A stretch of 64,000 nucleotides of DNA from Catajapyx aquilonaris (lineage: Eukaryota). The notes beneath the pieces were generated by a model. The model was not told where the DNA came from, ran no database searches, and was given only the letters and a program-made list of their open reading frames with translations. The DNA is taken from NCBI GenBank assembly GCA_000934665.2, contig KZ537959.1, positions 62,001 through 126,000 on the forward strand. Reading direction: 5' to 3'. Below, one piece after another: positions 54,153 to 64,000 of this stretch. A program made the translations under genes and the position numbers. Every line of letters begins with the position of its first letter. Within the stretch, counting starts at the first letter, position 1.

Positions 54153-56007
54153 TAATACCAGCACGTATTTTTTTTAAATACGTAGCAGCTAAATGTGCTA
54201 GCCCCCTGCTGTTCAGGGCTTGTTGGTGGTACGGGGCGCGGTTTCGAAATGGCGGTTAGAATTTTTTGAGTCGGCGCCACCGCAATTCACTTGGAGGAAC
54301 CGGTGGCTGCGTCACAGGCAGCGAGGGGCGAGGGAGGGACGGAGTTTAGGTGGTGTGTGGAGGGGCAGGGAGAGGGCGAGGGAGGGAGGGAGGGGGGATA
54401 ATTAGGCCAGCGTTTGATGAAGTAGCGCTGCGGTCACAATTTCATTAGGTTGTATTGGGATGCGGTGGGGGCGCGTGGCCTGGCGTCTAATTGCGCCTGA
54501 AATACCGCCAGAGTCAGGCACAGAATAAGGGCAGGGCGAGGCTGAGGCCGCCGGACTGATGGATCATTGTTGCATCGACCACTAATAATTCTTGTAGGAC
54601 CACCTGCATGGATGCTCGCGGCAGGCTATAATGTCTAGGCCCGGCATGGATCACTTTATGAGCTGATTTTCAAGCTGGGGGTCAGCCGGACGGGGATTGC
54701 CCTCTGGCGCGCGAGAAATTCCGGAATTGCTGATGTTTGTCCTGGGCCTGGCTATCACTGGAGTGGGAGTTGGACAACAAGATTTTTATCTATGTTAACA
54801 AACTGATGACTTGAGAGTCATGAATACGATCGGATCGTGTGAACAAAACTTTGACATTAAGCTCAATTGCGTAATGAACACTCACTTGCATCATTTTAAC
54901 GTTGTGATGTGGACGTGCCTGAAAAGATGGGAGTGCACTTGGCCATTACACATCACAGATATAGATACAGGCCAAACTGGCCATCCCATTTCGTTTATTT
55001 TCACACCATTTGCCAATAATAGCCCCGGCTGCTAATTGGCATGGCCACAGCAGCCTTCATCTCCGATTCCAATGAACCGGGCGAGCCATCTAGCCGCACT
55101 TGCTACACACGCCTATTAACATTTCACGCGTTTGTATGCAGGTTAAAAATGGTGCGATGTTTTCACACGCCAAAAAAAAGTGGTGCCCAGGCCATATCAG
55201 AAGGATCGCATTTTCCGCAATAACAAATGGCATTTCATTATCAGCAGGCACTAGCTTGTGATCAATTGACCGTTCCCCAATTACCAACTGCCCGCGCGAT
55301 TTATGATATGGTCTCCCATGCACACGGTTTCGCAACAATGCCTGCCTGCTGGGGACGCACCTGAACCGCAAACGCTGGGCGCCAGGGGACTTGGCTGGTG
55401 ACTTATGCCCGATGTTTATGGCCCAGAAGATTGTCGCGCGGATGGATGTTGGCCCCCGACGCGTGAGTTAGAGCGTGTGTGAGGGTGTCGTGCGCAAAAT
55501 AATCTTGGTACCAAATGCGGAGGGAATCATCGGCGTGGGAGCCATTTCATTAACCCCAACCGAAACTGTCAATTAGCAGAGCGGGAAATATGGGAAGGAT
55601 AGTTGCAGTAATCAACACTTGATTCGATTTAGCCTGGAAGCAATTAAGCCAGTTGGAGTCCTTGTGTTGGCGGCGGGTAATGTTAGCGCTCCCTCCTCAT
55701 CCCGTCACCTCCCCGCCGGCTCCCTCGGAAGCCAGCAGGTACTTACAAGTGCGTTACTTGTGTAATGCCTTGCTGGAGCACTGCGCAGGGCTAAGGAATC
55801 CGGGGCATAAGCCCGTGGGCCCGGCCGTAAATGCGGTTCCGGATCCGGGCTTGAGTGTCAGACGATTGGGCCTGGGAAATGATAGGGACGGAGCAGCAAT
55901 GGGAGGGATGGGTGGGCTAATGGAGAATTGGATGCTGCCTGTACATCGACCGCGACTTTATCCCATTTCATTACGTTTTATGGCGTCATGTGGCCAATTG
56001 TAGCAAG

Positions 56008-56010
<3 letters not shown>

Positions 56011-56080
<70 letters not shown>
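56011..56080. repeat. (AG)35 microsatellite
   Basis: Direct read. Confidence 0.97.
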
Positions 56081-56083
<3 letters not shown>

Positions 56084-58173
56084 ATCAGACCTCATCGACC
56101 TGTTTTCTGCTCAGGACTATCCCTCCTTCCTCTTGCTCTATACACGCTCACTCGCACCACTACTAACCAGGGATTACGCGAATACGTACGACTATGTTGC
56201 TTGGCTAGGAATTCAACGCTTCTCGACTTGTCACGCCAGAAAACGGCTGCAACGATCGGGTGCGGCATATACATGGGGTTTGGGGCGTACACGACCGTGC
56301 CTTCTTGTTCGGAATGAATGTCGTTGGCTAGAGGACCAGGGGACATGTTCTGATTTGTTTTCCTGCTGGCCAAATGACATGGACTTGGGAACAGTTTCTA
56401 GTAGTTAGCTAGGACGACGCCGTTGGGAACGGAATTGGAGTCAATCAACTGCTGCGGCTGGGCACAGAGTACTTGAACAGACCCGCCTCAGGATCGCATA
56501 AAGGGCCACTATTCTCAGTGTGCTGTTTGCCAGATAAATTAGTGGGACCACGGCCATGTCGACATGTTACAGGCTCTGACAATGTGTTACAGTCAATGTG
56601 TCAATATTGAATTGGTGAAATCACCCTGTATATGAATGGCTTTTAAGTTCGAAATCTTATTATCGTCTTCGTTTTAATTATTTGGCAACAATTAGTGACA
56701 ATGGTATACCCTGGGGTTTCAAGTGAAACCCCCTTATATAACCCGGCCTTAGAAGTAACGTGCCGATGTGGACGAGTCGTATTAGCAACAATGGGGACGA
56801 GCCTGATGTAGGGCGCATATATTCGTAGCGAGGCCGAGCGTAAGCACAGGCGAATCCCTGGAAGCGAGCATTTCGTTGCGCTTCCATGGCGAGGGATTTG
56901 CAGACACTGTAGGGTACAGTGCGCAGGAGTGGGTTCCTCCCAGCCCTGCTCTATACTCGGTTGATGTATGCACGCATAAAGTGGCCATGGTCGCTCAGTG
57001 ACCGCTCTCCAACTGACACGGAATGGACAATCAAGTCCCGCTGTTTCAGATGGACGCTACTATACCCCCTAACCCCCTTCCTCTCATTCCTAGTCCCTCC
57101 CATCGCCTCCTCCCCTCTCTTACTGGCTCAGCCGAGCCAATTTATACCCGGAGCTTGTCACTGGTCGGACACTAGTCTGCCTTATTCCGAGGCCTTGGAG
57201 GATCCGTCCCGGCGCTTCCTCTCCATCAACCACTAGCCCCGCTGCACTGTACAGTATACCAAAACGGCGTACACGCCTACTCGACGTGATAGCATTGTAT
57301 TTAATGCAAAGGGACTGGCGGCAATATTAATATCTCCAGGGACATTTTTAGGGGGGCGTCGGTGTGGCGCTTCTGGATTAATCTGTGTAATCGAAAGTGT
57401 TAGTGATGGTTGAATAGCCAGGAAGCAGTGATAAGTGGGGAAGGAGTAAATTTTCACGCGAATTAGGGCCCGTTGCACGAACGCGTCGAATAGGCTAAGC
57501 CGTACAAAGGGAGTGGAGAGGACCAAGGTCCTGCATGCCTGCTCTGTGTTGGTGGTATCACCCGGCAGGCTGGTTGGCAATGAATGGCTGACGTATACTC
57601 GCTGTTTAGGACGAGAAATGCAGAGTGTCCGGGCAAACATGGTGAATGAAGGCACTGGCGTGTCGTGAAAAGGGTCATGTTTTGCAAAGACTTTAGAATT
57701 GAAATCCTGCCTTTTGCAACGGGTAGGTCTTTTCTCATGTCCGTTAAAATGGATTTCCCTCTATCCGATCGACCCGAGAGACAAGCTAGCTGGATGGATA
57801 GCTTGGCAGGAAGGTTGTTGTACACTGTGTGATATGCGATATATCGTGTCCAATTGTACCTTTCACCTCCAATTCCTCTTGTCAAGGCTGACTGGTTTTT
57901 GGTAACTGACTGGAAGGAACTTGTTGGCCAACGCTTGTACGGGATCATGTCCAGAAGTGTTGTAGTTTATTACACTTCCGTTTTTATCGTGGGAACGACC
58001 ATGACGCCGCAAGGTTGCATATAATGTTGAGACACGTGGGAGAAAGCACGCACATTAAACACTTTCTCTTTATTTATGCCATTCTGAGTCAGCATAACCG
58101 AAACTTTTTTTTTTCTGCGTGCACTTATCTTCACTGAGAAGATAGAATGTATATGGCTATAGACCAATATGCT

Positions 58174-58179
<6 letters not shown>

Positions 58180-58220
<41 letters not shown>

Positions 58221-58509
58221 TTGATACCCCATTATCAGCCAACCGGGCTTTTCTAGGGGGGGATTTCTCCCAATTTTTTGTCTGGAACTCTTTCCATTTT
58301 TACTACTTCTTCATCGGAATGAAGCAGGGATAGGGAAGGAAGGAAGCGGCTGCGGCCTATGATTACGGTAACGACCCCGGAATTATCCTGCGAGGACCAT
58401 GGGAAACCACAGAAAACCATGGTCAGGGTCGCCGGCCTCCGGGATTCGAACCCAGGACCTCCCGATTAGCAGTCGGACACCATATCCACTCCACCACTAC
58501 TGCTTCGGT
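58180..58509 (-). mobile_element. tRNA-derived SINE (family B) with (TTA)n tail
   Basis: Minus-strand head with A-box-like TGGTGGAGTGG and B box GGTTCGAATCC. Body ggaaggaagcggctgcggccta...ggaaaccacagaaaacc resembles widespread insect SINE cores (from memory). TSD caatatgcttatata at 58165-58179 and 58510-58524. Confidence 0.92.
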
Positions 58510-58623
58510 CAATATGCTTATATAGTTAACATGATGGCAATAATTGCTCACAATGCCGGATATGGGGTATGGGACTATATATTTTTTGTTTGTTTCAGCT
58601 TGAAAATGAATTAAACTTGCTTA

Positions 58624-59620
58624 GGCCGGAATCGTGGTGTCTCCCAGATGTATGGGCCCGCAAGTGACGTCACGCCTGTAAACATGGCGGCCGGTAAAGG
58701 GGCCGTAAATTTCAAGGAGAAGTCCATCGTGGTGAACTCGCGTATCGGCTCTTTAATCGGCCGGACTCAACCCCCAGATATCACTTGCAAAGCCTGGTAT
58801 CCGTGACGCAATGGGCTCTAACAGCCAATCCCGGAACAGGCTTCTCGTGGGGGTTGGGTGTGGGGGGTGTGTAGATGGGGGCAAGGGGTGGGGGTTTCTC
58901 TGTAAGGTTGGGGGGTTGAGTGGCAATCATCGGCGAAGGGCCCTAGGATAATCATGAGCAGCGGGCAGTTGCGATTGTTGCACCACTACTTTTGAAAATC
59001 CATCATGTTGCATAAGGTGATAGGCAGTAATTGTTTTCCATGAGGTCTTTAGGTGCGCAAATCCTTCCCGACTATACAATGAGCATCCGAACTGGCCCTC
59101 GGGCTGCCCCTGGGTGCACACCACACCATTGCATTGCATTCGGTTGGGATGTGATGATTAATCCGAGATTACAGAAGTGAGAACGCACATTCAAAGTGGC
59201 CCCGGGCCGCCCCGGGGCCGCCCCTAGCCACGGTCCGCCCACAGTCACGGTCCGTCCCCGTCATCACTCCACACAATTTCATTTCATTTGGTTGGTGAGG
59301 CGATGAAAAATCCGATCTGACGAAGTCACATCCAAACGGGCCGCCCCGGGGCCGCCCCAAGCCTCAGGCCTCCCCCGGGCACTCTTCCCCGCAACCTGAA
59401 GCAAACCCTGCCCCACCAAAACTCCCTGGGGGCCTGGAAAAGCCCAGGGCCAACACTCCCGTAAGTCCTATGGAATCTCGAAATGTCCCGTGGATTTGCA
59501 GGATGATTTCAATCGCGCGCCTCCCGTAACTTTTCACCACGGTGGTGGCCGTCGTCCGTATGGGAGTGACGTCACAATTTATGCCCCTGTAGACTTACGC
59601 GAGCCACCACGATTCCGGCC
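58624..59620. mobile_element. PIF/Harbinger-type non-autonomous element, 997 bp
   Basis: TTA|GGCCGGAATCGTGGTG...CACCACGATTCCGGCC|TTA: 16-bp perfect TIR and 3-bp TTA TSD. Subterminal GTGACGTCAC at both ends (58664, 59566). Internal direct repeat cgggccgccccggggccgcccc at about 59203 and 59337. Confidence 0.88.
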
Positions 59621-59985
59621 TTACTCTCGACGTACAAGGGTTCTTCTCAGAGCCGAAGTCTTATGATGTATTGACATTTTCGCACCGTTCAAACTGGATA
59701 CGTGAGCAGAATCTTTATGGCAGTTTCAAAACTTAATCAGTCTACTTAGAAGTTATGGGGGAGGAGTGTTCCACGCTCACGTGAGATACATGTCATACGC
59801 AAGGCAGAGTGAAACATTTGTATCCATCTGCAGCGTATCTGCACTGACCAGTTTTGAAAGCCAAGGCATTCGCAACATCACAATATTGGTAGTTGTTGCT
59901 GTGTGGGTATATATCATGCTCCTGAGACTTTTACCAGTATATCAGAAGTCTGGGAATTGCTATATCCGCTGATGTATTGTCAGTT

Positions 59986-60335
59986 TTTTTTTTTTTTTTT
60001 TTTTTACCCCGTGATACAACACTTTGGTCGTTATAGGGGGGTGGCAAACCACCATACAGTTTTTCTAATTACTTTTTCTTCGGACACCGGTGCGAGGATT
60101 ACTAGGAAATGGGGTAAGGGTAGGGGATTTGGGGAGGGGACACATGTGCAGGTGCATTGTCCAGCGGTGGGCCAGGTGCAGTCCCCCAGGAGGTCAGGTT
60201 GCCAAGACGCCTCCTTAGGCGCGGGTCACGACCCAATGACGCAAGCGAAAGGTTTACTCCCGGGTGGGGATTTGAACCCGGGACCTTTCGCATAGCAAGC
60301 CGAGACGTTACCATCTCGGCCACCGTGCCTCCCCC
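59986..60335 (-). mobile_element. tRNA-derived SINE (family C) with poly(A) tail
   Basis: Minus-strand head GGGGGAGGCACGGTGGCCGAGATGG (A box) and GGGTTCAAATCCC (B box); poly(T) on the + strand; TSD gatgtattgtcagtt at 59971-59985 and 60336-60350. Confidence 0.93.
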
Positions 60336-60786
60336 GATGTATTGTCAGTTCCCCCATAAGACCTACTGGCTCAACACTTCCAGAGTGTGCATTAGTACCC
60401 TAATTCTCTGAATAAATACAGCTAGAGATGATCCCGAGGTGTATTTTACTCGTCCTTACTCCTTAGTATCCCCAGTGATCGGATGTATCCAGAAGATATG
60501 CGTGTAATTGAAGCACAGAATGTTAAATATTTGTTATGTAATAGATACAAGATGACCATTCGAAAGGTCTATAGCAATTACAAATTATGAAATCGAACCA
60601 GAATGTGTTATTTAATAAAGACTAGAACAACTCGTTAGGCGAATGAACACAGGGTTATAACTATGTGAAATGGTTTCTTGCCTAAAATGTATAATCCCGA
60701 GTATAATACAGGGTGTTCCAAGTTCTGGGTTCACTTCTTGATATATAGAATGGGGTAATATTTAAATTTAATATTGAGTGTCTGTC

Positions 60787-60919
60787 GTCTGAGGTGGGCA
60801 GGGTGGGGGGTGAGACGGTTGTTTTTAGGTTTATTTTCACGAGCTTTAATTATTAGTGCATATGTTGGGTTAGCTTGCGTCTCCCTTCATCGCTGACTAC
60901 CCCTCATAGGGAAATGTCG

Positions 60920-60950
<31 letters not shown>
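60787..60950 (+). mobile_element. Short (GTT)n-tailed retroposon-like element, copy 2
   Basis: gtctgaggtgggcaggg...ctacccctcatagggaaatgtcgt followed by (GTT)10 and (GAT)6; inverted copy at 53473-53637. Confidence 0.8.
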
Positions 60951-62041
60951 GATGATGATGATGATGATTCTTTAAAAAGAAAGTTTGCTGGGCGAGCTGT
61001 TTATGAAATTGGAAATTTAATTAACCCTTCACCTTCCCAATATTTTGATAATATTTTGTGGTTAATTTTAGGCAAAATAGAAAACCTGGATGATATTCCT
61101 CAGAGAAACCAAGTTTTAGTGAATACTATCAATATCATCATATAGGAGAGGAGGTGTTACTGAACGACTAGCAGTTTGCCATCTCTGTCTCTCATGGTCC
61201 GGGTAGTTTCAGGAATTACACCAAGGCGATGATCCCGGATAGTTTTATCTCGAATTACTTCCCTCCTGAGTGGTTAAATTTCCCTCAAGCACAGCCCATT
61301 GCTTTTTTGAGAGCTGCAGCAAATCACAGTTATCGTAGGAAACTGCTTTTTCCCCATCTCAAGTGGCCGGATAATACAGCAAAATTCCCGAGATGATTGA
61401 GCAAATGGAGTGAATTACGTGCCTGCACGTAGGAATGGGAGTTTCAATTTTATAATTAGAGAACCCAGCGGGTTTTATGCATACAGCAGATATGTCCATG
61501 TTCAATTGGCTAGATTTGATGACCTTGGTTACATAATCTTTCTTTTTAGGGCCCTAATTGTCACAAGGATGCAGTATGTTCTTCTGCAACATGAACTGTA
61601 TAACGTACTTAGATAATGGAAGCATTTTGACGTAGGTAAATAAAAATACCACCGCTAATGAAAAATAACCTGCCGTAATGCGTTACAAGCGCCACATTTA
61701 TTCCTGATTTGCAGTTGATTGATCAGTTTGATAGTGGCAAGGAAAATTATGCACTATGAATTTGGCAGGTGGAATCACCCTCAGCACTACCTTGGGATAT
61801 GTGATATGCAGTTTTCACAAAAGACTGCCATTTGCCGTGACACCTGCCATTTACAAATGCGCCGACTGCCCGTAGTCGTTCCTGGTGTGACTGACAACGA
61901 TGATTGGATGCAGTGTACGCTGTCATGCATTTATTTCCTTTCGACTTTGCCGTACAGTAATATGTTTGATGCCCCCATTTACAAACGTGTTATGTGTGTA
62001 TCTATTTATGGAACTCCATTCCATATTCGAAATTTCTTATA

Positions 62042-63352
62042 AGGGAAGGGGTCCATATTTCGACCATGCTCCTAATTCCAACCACCATGCTATCTCCATT
62101 GTAACGTGTTGCAAATTGCCGGTGACAGTGGTAAATGTCACAAAGACGGATTTGGTGAGCTGGCAGCACTGATGCGAATATCCGTGCATTGTGCATGTGC
62201 AACCTATGACACCAGTTTGTTTCTAAGCGTATGGTGGACTGCAGCGCATGCTAGTATTGGCCATCATGTCCCAGCAATTAAGCTATGCTATTCAATGATT
62301 TATTTTAGCCTATATGATGTTGCTTGCACTGTTTATTTGCATGTTTTAAAGTAGGGACATTATGCTGCAATTTGTCGATGTGAACCAGCAGCCACAGTAG
62401 AAAGTTGTCTTGTTCCTAATTTCGGCTACTTAGGCGTTCCTAATTTCGACCTACTGTACTATCATGCTCATTGTGACAGTTCCATTCAGCCCCCGGACAC
62501 TACCACTACAATATTATCTTATCGCCTGCCGAGGCGTTTTGCATGAGGTGCTCACTTGAGACCGACATGAGACCTTTCACTGCTACATTATGTGGCGACC
62601 TTACCGGACCCGCTGAACTTTATAGGTACGAAAGGGAAGCGCTGCATTGGGGGNGGGGGACCCGGACCCAACATGGTCGCCGGCGGCCATGTTGGGCCCG
62701 CATGTAGCGGCTTCCTTTATACCTAAGTTCAGCTCGGTCCAGTAGGGTCGCCTCATAATGTAGCAGTGAACGCTGTCTCATGGCGCTCTCAAGTAAGCAC
62801 CTCATGCAAAACGCCCCGACAGGCGATAAGAGGGAGTGACCAGACCCTAGTATTCTAAGACCATGGTTCCATTTATTTCGCGGAAACTCAAGAAAGAAGT
62901 CACAGAAAATGTTTGTGCATATGATTGTACACTACTACCTGCTGTTAAAACGTTCTCGTATGATTGTATTGATCAAGTCATTATTCAACGGCGTAATTGT
63001 TTTTTTTTTTTGCAAATAGGGAAACTTTATTTTCATCGTGAAGATAAACCAGTTTTCATTGTATTGTTATTAAGCATTATAAAGCATTCACAAATTTAGA
63101 AATGTTTGTTTTTACTCCTTTCCTGCCATTAAAACGCAGGTGCCGAAATTAGGAACACTTTTTTTAGACTGAAAAAATTGGTGTTTTCACTTTTTCAATT
63201 CTGTGCTTTTTCCTAAATAAAAAAACAATTTCATTGCGGGACCTAGTATAGGTAAATGTTCAATGTGTTAACATTCACTTTCCATACATTGCTTCGTTCA
63301 GCCATTTTCTAAGAAGAAAACGTAAGGGTGTCGAAATTTGGGCCCCTTACCC
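62042..63352. mobile_element. Older TA-flanked TIR element (Tc1/mariner/pogo-like, non-autonomous) with subterminal repeats
   Basis: Left end TA|agggaaggggtccatatttcgac; reverse complement of right end TA|gggtaaggggcccaaatttcgac. The motif gttcctaatttcg recurs at about 62413 and 62437 and is inverted (cgaaattaggaac) at about 63144. Confidence 0.6.
62517..62831. mobile_element. Foldback (whole-length hairpin) element nested in the 62042-63352 element
   Basis: tcttatcgcctgccgaggcgttttgcatgaggtgctcacttgaga... pairs with ...tctcaagtaagcacctcatgcaaaacgccccgacaggcgataaga over about 130 bp with mismatches. Inner hairpin cccaacatggtcgccggcggccatgttggg. No TSD found. Confidence 0.8.
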
Positions 63353-64000
63353 TACAAGTGTGTCATGGTGTGTTGTCGCAGCAGCTACGAGAACAGGCGT
63401 AGTACTATACCCAGGCCCTTTCCCTGATTATCTCCGTGCAAGTCAGTTCCAAAGCCCCTTGCCCGAAAGCGTGGGCCAGGGCAACGAGGAGCCAGTGTGT
63501 TATGCATATACTTGTAGGTGGAAACGGGATATAATAGTCATGTAGTGCGGCAGGGGCTGTGGTGGTAGTAGGGGGCCCTCCACCCAGCTGAAGGGAATAA
63601 TCCGGTGCGACGAACATTGCGGGTCGGCGCGAAGGTTATCATCTGGGCCATAGTCCGTTGCGAGGCTTCTGGCTGCCTTGGCGTTCTCTCGCTTGCTCGC
63701 TCGCACTGTGTTTCATTGCGGCGTTTATGTAGGCCCCAAGGATGAAGCGCCCGCAGCCCGAATTGCCACTTAACTTGCCCACGCTCACGTGTTAAAAGGC
63801 CCTTTTTGCCACCTATGCACATCACGCCGGATATAGTCCGCTGCTGGAGGGTGGGGTGGGCTGGAGAGATGGTTGGAATGACCCTAGCTCGCTGCGGACT
63901 CCCTGCCTCTCTCCCTGAAAATAAAAAAAATAAAATGAAATTAGCGCGCGTTTGATAAAGGCAATGCATCAGCGCTCTTCATTACCCTTGAGCATAAAGT

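Larger units (their letters stand above)
17359..64000 (+). other. mib1: 5' part of a very long mib1 intron (over 46.6 kb)
   Basis: Begins at the GTAAGA donor. The expected next peptide ([32 protein letters not shown]) was not found downstream in the window. Confidence 0.8.

Noticed and set aside
60260..60335. tRNA-like sequences here and near 58430-58509 and 28430-28507 as tRNA genes
   Set aside because: Each is followed by a body and tail and flanked by TSDs, so they are SINE heads.
1..64000. Prokaryotic-type systems (CRISPR arrays, operons, rRNA genes)
   Set aside because: No regularly spaced repeat-spacer array, dense gene packing or rRNA motif was seen; the splice signals, SINEs and microsatellites indicate a eukaryotic intron.

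Overview
Eukaryotic, almost entirely non-coding DNA, probably from an insect or other arthropod (inferred from the repeat types; the species cannot be determined). The only recognisable coding sequence is one 152-nt internal exon of the Notch-pathway E3 ligase Mind bomb 1 (mib1; ankyrin repeats, + strand, 17207-17358). It lies between an upstream intron of over 17 kb and a downstream intron of over 46 kb. The introns alternate between GC-rich, TAAT-rich unique blocks and AT-rich blocks holding non-autonomous elements: three tRNA-headed SINEs with TSDs, four TIR elements (three TA-flanked, one Harbinger-like), a nested foldback element, a perfect 88-bp palindrome and an inverted pair of short (GTT)n-tailed elements. 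The best candidate for an undescribed functional element is a near-consensus recursive splice site in the long intron (branch point, pyrimidine tract, CAG|GTGAGT at 54114/54115), with a cryptic 32-nt exon that would add an immediate stop codon. The downstream intron appears equivalent to the vertebrate MIB1 intron hosting antisense miR-1/miR-133, but I found neither miRNA in this window. All searches were by eye. Apart from one antisense shadow of the mib1 exon, the ORF track looks like chance ORFs.
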